Shown here one piece after another: positions 51,306-60,586 of a stretch of DNA of 64,000 bases. Made by a program: the position numbers and the translations under genes. This DNA comes from Nitrososphaerota archaeon (GTDB taxonomy: Archaea; Thermoproteota; Nitrososphaeria; Nitrososphaerales; Nitrosopumilaceae): NCBI GenBank assembly GCA_028867755.1, contig JAGWFT010000001.1:836727-900726 (forward strand), read 5' to 3'. The notes beneath the pieces are model-generated. The model was not told where the DNA came from and made no database searches. It saw only the letters and a program-made list of their open reading frames with translations. Positions within the stretch are counted from its first letter, which is position 1. The number at the start of each line of letters is the position of its first letter.

Positions 51306-51647
51306 CTAGTAAGATGCACAAGTAGCAAAGCCGTCAATTTTTTCAATATCAGGATCCTTTGCCAGTACAAGTATATCAGTCAGCGTTGCCAGCCCAACTG
51401 CCCGAATGCCATTTTTTCCCTCTCTTGCAACCATATAATTTGCTTCTAGTTCGTATTTTTTCTTGTCTATATTGGTCCCGTCTCTATAGTGTATCTCTAG
51501 TTCAACTTTGGGCTCTACATCAGTAAAGTTTCTCTCATAATACATTACATTTGTAGCCAGTTTGAGGTCTATTTTTCCTAGCTTGCCAACAAGTTGGTCT
51601 AGGAAATTGTCATACTGGGCTTCTACATTTTCTGACATGTAGAACAA
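51306..51647 (-). CDS. Hypothetical protein
   Basis: 113-aa ORF; start may be ATG 51638. Confidence 0.65.
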   Translation of the reverse strand: MFYMSENVEAQYDNFLDQLVGKLGKIDLKLATNVMYYERNFTDVEPKVELEIHYRDGTNIDKKKYELEANYMVAREGKNGIRAVGLATLTDILVLAKDPDIEKIDGFATCASY

Positions 51648-51679
51648 TGTGTGAAATATTATTTAAAACCAAAACAACA

Positions 51680-51695
51680 TTATCAATTTTGATAA
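51680..51695. promoter_or_regulatory. TTATC-N6-GATAA palindrome, copy 1
   Basis: TTATC-aatttt-GATAA upstream of the 51647 gene and its TTTAAA box. Confidence 0.45.
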
Positions 51696-51797
51696 CAAGT
51701 AAAATTGTCCAGATCATATCTATGTTAGATGTGATTTAGACACAGCAAATAAAAAAATGCACTAAAACAAGAGAAATTTTTTTGTAATTGATTTTTG

Positions 51798-52226
51798 CTA
51801 TTTCACAATCAAGACAGGGCATTTGGAATGTTGCGAAACGCCTGATGCTACACTGCCAAGTAGCAGCTTTTTGAATCCGCCAAGGCCTCTTGAGCCCATA
51901 ACTATGAGATCAATCTTGTGCGATTCTGCAAAAGATACCAATTCATCGGTAGCTGATATTCCCTCTAGTATCACAGTTTTGACCGGTATATTCAACTCGT
52001 CAAGTCTTGATTTTATTGTTGAGGTAGCGTTGGCAGCACTTTGGCGCATAAGTTTTAGTGTCTCTACATAGGCTGTGCCAAAACTTGGATCCATGGGAAT
52101 ATGTGGTATAACACAGGCTACTACACTAATGTCAGAGTTGAATTTTTTGGCAATATCAATTGCATATTCCAGTGCTCTGCTTGCAGGCTCTGACTTGTCA
52201 TATGGGACCATGATGTGTTTAATCAT
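51798..52226 (-). CDS. Universal stress protein
   Basis: IMVPYDKS, DLIVMGSRG...LLLGSVA...CPVLIVK. Confidence 0.95.
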   Translation of the reverse strand: MIKHIMVPYDKSEPASRALEYAIDIAKKFNSDISVVACVIPHIPMDPSFGTAYVETLKLMRQSAANATSTIKSRLDELNIPVKTVILEGISATDELVSFAESHKIDLIVMGSRGLGGFKKLLLGSVASGVSQHSKCPVLIVK

Positions 52227-52268
52227 CGATCACACTACAGTAATCGTTCATTTAAAGAGAGTTTTAGA

Positions 52269-52284
52269 TTATCACTTGTGAAAA
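52269..52284. promoter_or_regulatory. TTATC-N6-GATAA palindrome, copy 2 (one mismatch)
   Basis: TTATC-acttgt-GAAAA, 43 nt upstream of the USP start. Confidence 0.35.
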
Positions 52285-52290
52285 AGTATC

Positions 52291-53046
52291 TTATGATATT
52301 GTGACAACCCCAGTTCGCCAAGGGTGTATTGTACAAAAATAGTAATACACACCTGGTTTGTCAAACTTGTAGCTAAATGTATCACCTGTCTTCAATAGCG
52401 CACTGTTAAACATGGATACGATATTGCCATGTCCGTCTTGGCTTTGTATGACGTGGCCAATGTTATCCTCATTTTGCCATGTCACAGTCGTTCCTCGCAT
52501 TGCCTCTAGGTTTAGCGGTATGAAAAAACCAGTGCCTGCTACTACAGAATTACCGTTTGGGATCATCACAGTTGCATTTGAGGACACGTTTACAGTAGGA
52601 AATAGGTCTGCTCCAGTAATCAGATAATCAAGTATCATCCTTGTATTGTTATTTTTCATATCTGCACTTACTTTCCATAGGGAGCCAGCATTTGTTGCAA
52701 AAATTCTGTTGCCATCAAGTGCTACATTGAAGATCTGACCTTGGATGGACTGGACTGGACCTTGCCCATGAAAAGACCCATCTTTATTATACAAGAACGA
52801 CCAGTCTTGAGGCAAAATATACGCGTGTAGGAATGTATCGCTTCCATACACAAGAAATGTTCCTTTTGTGATGGTTGACTGGTCTGACAATGTTATTCTA
52901 AATATGGATTGATACATTTGCGGATTATTGGCATTCAACACTGCAGCTCCACTTCCTGACATTTGATATGATGATTCTGCATATGCCAAATTGTACACTC
53001 CAGATAAGGCAAGAATTGAAACTATTGTCGCAACAATAATTTTCAT
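52291..53046 (-). CDS. Exported cupredoxin (blue copper)-domain protein with variant axial ligand
   Basis: Signal peptide; WQNEDNIGH...YFCTIHPWRTG (Arg, codon CGA, at the usual Met). Confidence 0.88.
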   Translation of the reverse strand: MKIIVATIVSILALSGVYNLAYAESSYQMSGSGAAVLNANNPQMYQSIFRITLSDQSTITKGTFLVYGSDTFLHAYILPQDWSFLYNKDGSFHGQGPVQSIQGQIFNVALDGNRIFATNAGSLWKVSADMKNNNTRMILDYLITGADLFPTVNVSSNATVMIPNGNSVVAGTGFFIPLNLEAMRGTTVTWQNEDNIGHVIQSQDGHGNIVSMFNSALLKTGDTFSYKFDKPGVYYYFCTIHPWRTGVVTIS

Positions 53047-53085
53047 GCATGATTTATCTTGTCTATATTATATAATGAAAATGGA

Positions 53086-53105
53086 GATTATCATCTAAGA
53101 TAATC
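53086..53105. promoter_or_regulatory. GATTATC-N6-GATAATC palindrome, copy 3
   Basis: Perfect 7-6-7 inverted repeat between the divergent cupredoxin and PNPOx-like genes. Confidence 0.5.
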
Positions 53106-53144
53106 AGATATCGCTTTAATTAAAAAGAAACTGAAAGAAACCAT

Positions 53145-53621
53145 GTGGTTACAATTCCAGAAGATGTACTCTATATGATGAAAAAACAAAAATTTGTAGT
53201 AGTAGCTTCTGTTGACCCCAACGGATTAGCTAATATATCGCCAAGGACGGCATTTTATTTTACAGATGATTCAATATATTGGCTAGATTTTTTCAAGCAT
53301 AAATCACAAGGAAATTTTCGTGTAATACCATGGGTTAGTGTGGCTGTCTTTGACAAGGAAAAATTACGAGGATTTCAAATGAAAGGTAAGGTAAATTTCG
53401 TAACTGATGAAAAAAAGGGAAAAAAGATCATTGAAACAATATCACGATCAGTCACTGGCAAGACATCATCGAAGATATTCGAACAGCAAAGCAAGAACAG
53501 CCATCCTACTGTGATAATGTTCAAGCCAAAAGCAATCTATTCGCTAAACCCAAAGGAAGAGTCAGGCAAATCTCTGGTCTCCGACAAAGACGGGGAAACT
53601 GTATCTTTATTGGGAATCTAG
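53145..53621 (+). CDS. Pyridoxamine 5'-phosphate oxidase-like (split-barrel flavin-binding) protein
   Basis: VVASVDPNG.ANISPR...GFQMKG. Confidence 0.85.
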   Translation: MVTIPEDVLYMMKKQKFVVVASVDPNGLANISPRTAFYFTDDSIYWLDFFKHKSQGNFRVIPWVSVAVFDKEKLRGFQMKGKVNFVTDEKKGKKIIETISRSVTGKTSSKIFEQQSKNSHPTVIMFKPKAIYSLNPKEESGKSLVSDKDGETVSLLGI

Positions 53622-53646
53622 TTATCACAAATGAAATCTGGCTTGT

Positions 53647-54129
53647 TTGTTTAATATAGGAGAAATCCATCTAGGGTTTAGGTTGTCTAACAAAGATGGT
53701 GATGAGCGTGCAGACAAAGACAAACTGACAAGTGATTATGGCTCAATAATAAGGGAAAGTGCACTTTTAACAACATTTTCTGCTTTTCTATTTGGCTTTC
53801 TACTAAATATCTCAATTACATCCTCAGGTGGGTTTGATCTGCTAGACAAGATAACGATTTTGGTAGCGTTACTTTCTATAACCATATCAATCTCGCTTTT
53901 CATAATGCCGGTAATTTACCATCATTTAGGATACCCGTATCTTGATTTTAAAAAGTTCAAAGCGAGGAGTCATCGCTTTACATTATTTGGCTTGATACCT
54001 GCCATGATAACACTGTTCTTGGGTTTGGAACTTGCCATGACGTCCTTGGCACAAAACCATCCTGTTGCATTATCGCTTAGTACGATACCTTTTGTGCTTA
54101 TTTACGTATTTTATAGACTACGTAAATAA
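53647..54129 (+). CDS. DUF6328-like membrane protein
   Basis: [20 protein letters not shown]; 4 TM helices. Confidence 0.7.
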   Translation: MFNIGEIHLGFRLSNKDGDERADKDKLTSDYGSIIRESALLTTFSAFLFGFLLNISITSSGGFDLLDKITILVALLSITISISLFIMPVIYHHLGYPYLDFKKFKARSHRFTLFGLIPAMITLFLGLELAMTSLAQNHPVALSLSTIPFVLIYVFYRLRK

Positions 54130-54140
54130 AAGAGGATGAG

Positions 54141-55019
54141 ATGAAAATAAATTCCAAAGATTTTCTTGTGCATGCGGGAAAAAAGGTCAAACTCAAAAAC
54201 TATCCAACAACTGTCAAACCCATGTACAAATCAAAGGAACAATATGGCCAGATCCTCAAAAAACATATTGAAGAACTAAGCTCCTTGCAAAATCTTCTCT
54301 ATGCATCAAATCGTTATTCGTTGTTATTGATCTTTCAGGCAATGGATGCAGCAGGAAAAGACAGTGCCATCAAACATGTAATGTCAGGCATTAATCCTCA
54401 AGGCTGTCAAGTGTTCAGCTTCAAGCATCCAAGCACGGAGGAACTTGAGCATGATTTTTTATGGCGTATTGTTCAATGCTTGCCTGAGAGGGGACGAATA
54501 GGTATCTTCAATCGTTCCTATTATGAGGAGGTACTGATTGTCCGTGTACATCCAGAGATTCTCCACAGCGAAGGCCTTCCAAATGAATTATTGGGCAAGC
54601 ATACAATTTGGCACCAGCGGTATAATTCTATAGTGAACCTGGAAAACCATCTACATTCCAACGGAACACGCATAATCAAATTTTTTCTTCATATCTCAAA
54701 AGAAGAACAACGCAAGCGTTTTCTAAAGCGTATTGATGAGCCAGAAAAGAACTGGAAATTTAGCCTTGACGATATTGAGGAGAGAAAATTTTGGAAGCAT
54801 TACATGAAAGCCTATGAAGACTGTCTGAGTGCTACCAGCACGACTGACGCGCCTTGGTACGTTATTCCTGCAGATGATAAGGAGAACACTAGGCTAATCA
54901 TTTCACAAATAATTCTTGATGCACTAAAAGAACTAAAAATGAGTTATCCAAAACCAACTGCAAAACGCAGACAAGAGCTGCACTCGATTCGTAAACTACT
55001 AGGTACGCAAAAATCCTAG
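54141..55019 (+). CDS. ppk2: Polyphosphate kinase 2 family protein
   Basis: QAMDAAGKD (Walker A), FNRSYYEEV (Walker B), [19 protein letters not shown]. Confidence 0.95.
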   Translation: MKINSKDFLVHAGKKVKLKNYPTTVKPMYKSKEQYGQILKKHIEELSSLQNLLYASNRYSLLLIFQAMDAAGKDSAIKHVMSGINPQGCQVFSFKHPSTEELEHDFLWRIVQCLPERGRIGIFNRSYYEEVLIVRVHPEILHSEGLPNELLGKHTIWHQRYNSIVNLENHLHSNGTRIIKFFLHISKEEQRKRFLKRIDEPEKNWKFSLDDIEERKFWKHYMKAYEDCLSATSTTDAPWYVIPADDKENTRLIISQIILDALKELKMSYPKPTAKRRQELHSIRKLLGTQKS

Positions 55020-55055
55020 TCCATTGACAAGGCTTGGTTCATTAAAGAATGTTTT

Positions 55056-55079
55056 ATTCCACAATCTTTAGTGTATCAG
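55056..55079 (+). repeat. 24-bp direct repeat, copy A (duplicate of the HTH-CBS 3' end)
   Basis: attccacaatctttagtgtatcag; 23/24 identical to 56041-56064; minus strand encodes DTLKIVE then TAA. Confidence 0.85.
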
Positions 55080-55138
55080 TTTTTGGTTTTTCAAATTACT
55101 TGTGGATGTTTGGAAGACAAAGCAATAACCTCTAAACC

Positions 55139-55158
55139 AAACAATTAAATAATTGTTT
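55139..55158. promoter_or_regulatory. Probable ArsR operator (9-2-9 palindrome)
   Basis: AAACAATTA-AA-TAATTGTTT, 16 nt upstream of ArsR ATG 55174. Confidence 0.6.
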
Positions 55159-55173
55159 AATTATTGTATCAAC

Positions 55174-55485
55174 ATGGAATCAGTCTGGAAGGCAGTTGCA
55201 GATGACAGCAGGCGCGAGATACTGATGCTGCTTCGAAAAAGGAAGATGACTCCAAGTGAGATGACAGAACACTTTCATTTTACAGCCCCCGCCTTGTCAA
55301 GTCACCTACGCATATTGAAGAGCGCAGACTTGGTCACTGAGGAAAAACTGGGCAAGAACAGATATTATTCATTAAACGAAAAAAAATCTCTTGAGATTGT
55401 AAATTTCTTTGAAAAGATGTGGGGATACAACCTAAACTCGCTTAAAGAATACGTCGAGAACAAAGAAAGGAAAAAAGGGACATGA
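55174..55485 (+). CDS. ArsR/SmtB family regulator
   Basis: AVADDSRREIL...PALSSHLRILKSADLV...RYYSLN. Confidence 0.92.
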   Translation: MESVWKAVADDSRREILMLLRKRKMTPSEMTEHFHFTAPALSSHLRILKSADLVTEEKLGKNRYYSLNEKKSLEIVNFFEKMWGYNLNSLKEYVENKERKKGT

Positions 55486-55925
55486 GTGATCTAGAAATCA
55501 GAAAATCCATTGAAATTGATGCCTCTCCAGAAGTTGTATTCAAGGCTATTTCTGATCCTAGTGAATTGACCAACTGGTTTCCGGATGCGGCAATATTAGA
55601 ACCCAGAGTTGGAGGGAAAACTAAATTCTCATATTACAAGGATTCAAAGAGGATTACTGCATGTGCAAGAGATCATGATAAAACTAATGAAGGAAGGGTT
55701 TTAGAATTTGTCAAGAACAAAAAACTTGTTTATACCTGGCAGCACATGGATGTACCAGACTTTCCTGAAACTATAGTAACATGGGAATTGGAAGAAATAA
55801 GACAGAACAAGACTAGGTTGACCCTGACTCATACGGGATTTAAAAGCAAAGACCAAGTCAAAGATCATTTCGAAGGCTGGTCGTTCTTTCTTAACGAATT
55901 AGCTTCATACTGTAAGCGGAAATAA
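55482..55925 (+). CDS. SRPBCC/AHSA1 (START-like) domain protein
   Basis: IEIDASPEVVFKAISDP.EL..WF, LEPRVGG, TRLTLTHTGF, GWSFFL. Confidence 0.92.
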   Translation: MSDLEIRKSIEIDASPEVVFKAISDPSELTNWFPDAAILEPRVGGKTKFSYYKDSKRITACARDHDKTNEGRVLEFVKNKKLVYTWQHMDVPDFPETIVTWELEEIRQNKTRLTLTHTGFKSKDQVKDHFEGWSFFLNELASYCKRK

Positions 55926-56038
55926 CATCCACAGTCTTATTGAAACCCGGCGAACATAAAAAATAAGGAAATCAAACCATTTGGCAAGTACCCCTAATGG
56001 CACTGAAATTGTACTATGATGATACCCTAGTCATATAG

Positions 56039-56593
56039 TCATTCTACAATCTTTAGTGTATCAGATGCAGTAATTATTCCAACTATCTTGCTCTGCTTTG
56101 AGACAAGAACACATTTTGAATATCGTATCAGGGAGACCAGGGTCTTGACTGGGGTGTCGTAATCTACAATGGGCGGACGCGGGTCCATTATCTCTGATAG
56201 TCTTATCTTTTTTCTCTGTGTCTCGTCGCTATCTATGAGGTGCTTTACAATGCCATCTTCTGTTACCACACCTACCACATCGTTTCCCTCAAAGACAGGA
56301 ACCTGACTGATGGATAAATCCTGCATTTTTTTAATTGCATCGTTTAAGGTGTCATTTGACTTTAGCTTGACAATTTCTTTACTGCAAATGTCTCCTGCCT
56401 TCATTGCTGACTGGCTTTCAAGCGACCACAGGACCTCAAATATTTTCCTTGCAGTGGCATAGCTTGGCTGACATCTTCCTGATTCAATCTGGTTTATCAT
56501 TGAGGTGCTAACACCTGTAAGGGAGGCAAGCTTTTGCTGCGTTAAACCAATTTTCTGTCTTGCTTGTTTTATTGATTCAAGTCTTGGTAGCAT
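56039..56593 (-). CDS. XRE-HTH plus CBS-pair regulator
   Basis: ARQKIGLTQQKLA...INQIESG; CBS motifs GVVTED and GIITASD. Confidence 0.93.
   Translation of the reverse strand: MLPRLESIKQARQKIGLTQQKLASLTGVSTSMINQIESGRCQPSYATARKIFEVLWSLESQSAMKAGDICSKEIVKLKSNDTLNDAIKKMQDLSISQVPVFEGNDVVGVVTEDGIVKHLIDSDETQRKKIRLSEIMDPRPPIVDYDTPVKTLVSLIRYSKCVLVSKQSKIVGIITASDTLKIVE
56041..56064 (+). repeat. 24-bp direct repeat, copy B (within the HTH-CBS 3' end)
   Basis: attctacaatctttagtgtatcag; minus strand encodes DTLKIVE then TGA. Confidence 0.85.
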
Positions 56594-59274
56594 TATCTGT
56601 CGCGCCTTATCTTTTTCTTTGAGGATTTAATAGACTTTTCAAGAGCGGCTTGGGCTGCAGCTATGATTGCTATTGGGACTCTATGTGCAGACGCACTTAC
56701 ATATGTCAGACCAGAGGCATTGCAAAACTTGATTGAGCGAGGGTCTCCACCATGCTCGCCGCAAACTCCTATCTCAAGGCCAGGTTTTACGCTTCGGCCC
56801 CTTGATATTGCAATTTGTATCAGGTTTCCAACGCCGTTAACATCTAGTGACTGGAATGGATTTTCTGCCATTATCTCTTTTTCAAAATACTCTGGAAGGA
56901 ACTTGCCTTCGGCGTCTTCTCTGCTAAAGCTAAATACTGCTTGTGTGAGGTCGTTTGTTCCAAAGCTGAAAAATTCCGCACTTTGTGCAAGCTCATTTGC
57001 TGTAAGGCACGCCCTGACAACTTCCATCATGGTGCCAAAATTCATCTTTAGTTTGACTTTGAATTTTGATTCCACATCTGATTTTATGGCCTCATAAGTT
57101 TTTTTGATGTTGTTTAATTCATTTACGCTGCCAACTTGGGGGACCATTATTTGAGGGTGCACGTTTATTTTTTCTATGGCAAGCTCTGCCGCTGCCTCAC
57201 AAATAGCTCTTATCTGCATCTCGTAGATCTCAGGATATGTTATGCCAACTCTGACTCCGCGGTGTCCCATCATGGGGTTTATCTCTGCCAACTCCTTTGC
57301 CCTGTCAAGCAACTTTTGGGTTACTGCAACTTGTTCTGGGGCGCCCTGTTTTTCTAGTGAATGGATCTTGCTTATCAATTCCTCAGTATTTGGAAGAAAC
57401 TCGTGCAATGGTGGGTCTAGCAATCTTATCGTAACATGATAGCCTTGCATTATCTTGAGAATTTCTTTGAAATCTTGTTTTTGTAATACACGAAGCTTTT
57501 CAAGAACTAGTTTTCTTTCTTGAACTGTCTTTGTCATTATCATATTTACAAAGACAGCTAGTCTATCGCGAGCATTGAACATCCTCTCAGTTCTGCACAG
57601 CCCAATACCTCTTGCTCCATATGTGCGTGCAAGTCTTGCAGCTTCTGGTGTATCGGCATTTGCTCTGATGCCAAGTGTTTTAAGCTTCTCAGACCACTCA
57701 AGTATTGTTCTAAAGTCATCTGTCAGTTTTGGCTCAACAGTGGGCAACTCGCCTGTGTAGACATTGCCAGTGCTTCCATCCACTGTAATTACATCTCCTT
57801 CAGTAACAGCTTTTCCATCAACACGAAATTGTTTTGCAGAATAATCTATCTTGATATCAGAGCATCCAACAATGCATGGCTTTCCCATGCCTCTTGCTAC
57901 AACTGCTGCATGCGACGTCTTGCCTCCTCTGCTTGTAAGAATACCTGCTGAAGAAAAAAACGCTGGAACATCTTCTGGCTTGGTCTCTTCTCTTACTAGG
58001 ATGACCCTTGTTCCGCTCTCTCCAACACTTGCTGCCCTTTTTACATCAAAAATAACAATGCCTGACGCAGCTCCTGGGGAGGCTGCTATGCCTTTTGTTA
58101 TGGGATTAAATCTCTTGACTGCCTCTGAATCTATAGTTCTGTGCAAAATTTGGTCAAGGTCTTCGGGATGAAGGCGCATGATTGCCCGCTCTTTTGATAT
58201 CAGCCTTTCTTTTACCATTGAGACCGAGGTTCTTATCATGCCAACTGCATTCATTTTGGCAGAGCGTGTCTGTAAAAGATAGAATTTTCCTTTCTCTACT
58301 GTAAACTCGATGTCTTGAGGTTCTTTGAAGTGTTTTTCAAGCTTGTTACATGTTTGAACAAGTTGCTTGTACGTTGACGGCATTTCTTTTACCATGTTGT
58401 CTATTGTTTGCGGTGTCCTGATTCCTGCTACAACGTCTTCTCCTTGTGCATTGACAAGATATTCGCCAAAGATCTTCTTTGAGCCGTCAGAAGGATCGCG
58501 TGTGAAAACAACTCCTGTTGCACTGTCATTTCCCATGTTGCCAAACACCATTGCAACAACATTGACTGCGGTGCCATTTGCTGCATCTTTTGAGATCTTG
58601 TATTTTTCTCTGTATACTATTGCTCGCTCCCCCATCCAGCTCTTGAATACTGCCTCTATTGCAAGCTCAAGATGCTTGTAGGGGTCTTCTGGAAATGGCA
58701 TTCCTATGTGTTCTTGGCAGATTGTTTTGTATTGTGATACTAGATTTTTCAGTGACTCGACGTTTAGCTCATGGTCTTGCTCTACATTTTGTTTCTTTTT
58801 TATGCCATGTAATGCATCTTCGAATTTTCTGTCTTCAATGCCAAAGACTACCTTGCCAAACAACTGGACAAATCTTCGATAAGAATCCCATGCAAATCTT
58901 GCATTTTTGCTTGAATCAGCAAGTGCCAAGACAGCCTTGTCATTTAATCCAAGATTTAGAATCGTATCCATCATGCCAGGCATTGATATTGCAGCACCTG
59001 ATCTGACAGACACTAGGAGGGGATTTTTATCAGAACCAAGTTTTCTGCCGGTCTTTTTCTCAATTTTTCGGATATTTTTTCTTACTTCGACCATGAGTTG
59101 TTTTGGTAATTTTTTATTGTTGGTATAGTACTTGACACAAACTTCTGTTGTAATGGTAAAACCTGGGGGCACTGAAAGCCCAAGCCTTGTCATCTCCATG
59201 AGGCCTGCTCCCTTGCCGCCAAACAATTTTTTGTTCTTGCCGTCGCCTTCGTTAAAAAAATAAACAGACTTCAC
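56593..59274 (-). CDS. ppdK: Pyruvate phosphate dikinase
   Basis: GGKGAGL, VSVRSGA, GGKTSHAAVVARG (phospho-His), SFGTNDLTQ, VCGEHGGDP; probable GTG start at 59274. Confidence 0.97.
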   Translation of the reverse strand: MKSVYFFNEGDGKNKKLFGGKGAGLMEMTRLGLSVPPGFTITTEVCVKYYTNNKKLPKQLMVEVRKNIRKIEKKTGRKLGSDKNPLLVSVRSGAAISMPGMMDTILNLGLNDKAVLALADSSKNARFAWDSYRRFVQLFGKVVFGIEDRKFEDALHGIKKKQNVEQDHELNVESLKNLVSQYKTICQEHIGMPFPEDPYKHLELAIEAVFKSWMGERAIVYREKYKISKDAANGTAVNVVAMVFGNMGNDSATGVVFTRDPSDGSKKIFGEYLVNAQGEDVVAGIRTPQTIDNMVKEMPSTYKQLVQTCNKLEKHFKEPQDIEFTVEKGKFYLLQTRSAKMNAVGMIRTSVSMVKERLISKERAIMRLHPEDLDQILHRTIDSEAVKRFNPITKGIAASPGAASGIVIFDVKRAASVGESGTRVILVREETKPEDVPAFFSSAGILTSRGGKTSHAAVVARGMGKPCIVGCSDIKIDYSAKQFRVDGKAVTEGDVITVDGSTGNVYTGELPTVEPKLTDDFRTILEWSEKLKTLGIRANADTPEAARLARTYGARGIGLCRTERMFNARDRLAVFVNMIMTKTVQERKLVLEKLRVLQKQDFKEILKIMQGYHVTIRLLDPPLHEFLPNTEELISKIHSLEKQGAPEQVAVTQKLLDRAKELAEINPMMGHRGVRVGITYPEIYEMQIRAICEAAAELAIEKINVHPQIMVPQVGSVNELNNIKKTYEAIKSDVESKFKVKLKMNFGTMMEVVRACLTANELAQSAEFFSFGTNDLTQAVFSFSREDAEGKFLPEYFEKEIMAENPFQSLDVNGVGNLIQIAISRGRSVKPGLEIGVCGEHGGDPRSIKFCNASGLTYVSASAHRVPIAIIAAAQAALEKSIKSSKKKIRRDR

Positions 59275-59299
59275 ACAAGGCTTCTGTTGTAGTAGGATA

Positions 59300-59995
59300 T
59301 CAAATTTTTCTGTTTTTTGTGAATGCCGACGCAAATTCATCTATTATTTTTTCCCAATCTTTGGCCTTTACGATGCCGCTTGCAACAAGTATGCCTTGGG
59401 CTCCAAGCTCAAGTGCCTTTGCAACGTCGTCTCCTGAAACAATTCCTGCACCACACAGCAACTGGGTGGAATTTTTTGCGTCTTTTACTGCCTTAACAGA
59501 ATTTGTTATTATTTCGGGTCTTTCCTTTGATACTGCCTTGCCGCTTCCTATCAACTCTGGAGGCTCTATTGCAATGTAATCAGGATTTAATCTTGCATAT
59601 TTTTTTGCCTCGTCTACATCCTTTACACATACTACTGATGTCATGCCAAGGCTCCGAAGTCTTGGGACAAGCTCTTCAATATCCTGGCTTGGAATCCTGT
59701 GTTCACTGTGGTTGATTAGGGTGCCGCTAACCTTGGATTTTTTTAAAATTTCTGGCACGACAAACCCTGTTGTGCTGCCGACCTTTACAGTATCAGTATG
59801 CTGGGCAAATACTGTTATTGGCAGTTTTGCCACTTCGGAGACAAGGTGCTGTGGGGGACAGACTGCAATTTTTATTTTATATTTTTTTTCAACCCTTGAA
59901 GCACTCTCTGCTAATCGCAATGAATTGTCAGCTGAAATTTCTTCGTAATTTTTAAAGTTGATTATGAACAATGTACTTTCAGCAGAATTTGTCAT
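59300..59995 (-). CDS. tpiA: Triosephosphate isomerase (archaeal type)
   Basis: INFKNY, AQH, INHSEHR, IEPPELIGSG, CGAGI. Confidence 0.96.
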   Translation of the reverse strand: MTNSAESTLFIINFKNYEEISADNSLRLAESASRVEKKYKIKIAVCPPQHLVSEVAKLPITVFAQHTDTVKVGSTTGFVVPEILKKSKVSGTLINHSEHRIPSQDIEELVPRLRSLGMTSVVCVKDVDEAKKYARLNPDYIAIEPPELIGSGKAVSKERPEIITNSVKAVKDAKNSTQLLCGAGIVSGDDVAKALELGAQGILVASGIVKAKDWEKIIDEFASAFTKNRKI

Positions 59996-60098
59996 TCCCT
60001 ATATATCAAGAGTTCCTTGTTTGGGTTGCATACTGGTAATATCCATGAGATTTCATTTTTGAAAATTCTTATAAGATGAGAGAAAGAAAAAATCATCC

Positions 60099-60395
60099 AT
60101 GAAAAGTGAATCGCTCTTGTTGCTAGATGCTCTTCAAGATATTGCGTCAGCTGCATCTCTAGGATCACAGGATGAAGATCTTGTCAAGTCAGTTTTCAAA
60201 AAAATACTTGACAGCGGCGACACTTACAATATGACAGAGTTGGAAAGTTGGTTTTCCAAAGTTGTATCTGCCAACCAGTCTGCAGTTGATAGAGTGCTTA
60301 ACATTGCACATTATCAAAAATCAAAATTTGAAGCCCGCAATAAATTTAGAATGATATCAGATGGTGATGACTGTGGATGCGGCGGAGGCCACTGA
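60099..60395 (+). CDS. Conserved hypothetical protein with C-terminal CGCGGGH
   Basis: 98-aa ORF with TATA-like TTATAA about 20 nt upstream. Confidence 0.7.
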   Translation: MKSESLLLLDALQDIASAASLGSQDEDLVKSVFKKILDSGDTYNMTELESWFSKVVSANQSAVDRVLNIAHYQKSKFEARNKFRMISDGDDCGCGGGH

Positions 60396-60563
60396 TTACT
60401 TCTTTATGCCAAGTGTTCTGTTCTTTAGTCGCAAGTAAGGATTATGACATTTGCGACACCTTGTAGCTGACATTGAATTTTTGGCACCACATGAGAAACA
60501 GACCTTAAAGTAAAGTCTTGCCTTCTGGGCAATCTGTTTTTTTAGTGGATCTGTGATTGGCAT
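60396..60563 (-). CDS. rpl40e: 50S ribosomal protein L40e; not in ORF track
   Basis: MPITDPLKKQIAQKARLYFKVCFSCGAKNSMSATRCRKCHNPYLRLKNRTLGIKK. Confidence 0.93.
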   Translation of the reverse strand: MPITDPLKKQIAQKARLYFKVCFSCGAKNSMSATRCRKCHNPYLRLKNRTLGIKK

Positions 60564-60586
60564 TTTCTTTTTCTCCTATTTACCTG

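Noticed and set aside
53622-53637. Further weak matches to TTATC-N6-GATAA (here and near 63452)
   Set aside because: Two mismatches each in AT-rich DNA; not distinguishable from chance without a scan.
56663-59128. Multiple antisense ORFs over ppdK (and similar ones over argS, lig, ahcY, sucCD)
   Set aside because: Shadow ORFs opposite well-supported conserved genes, with no independent motifs.
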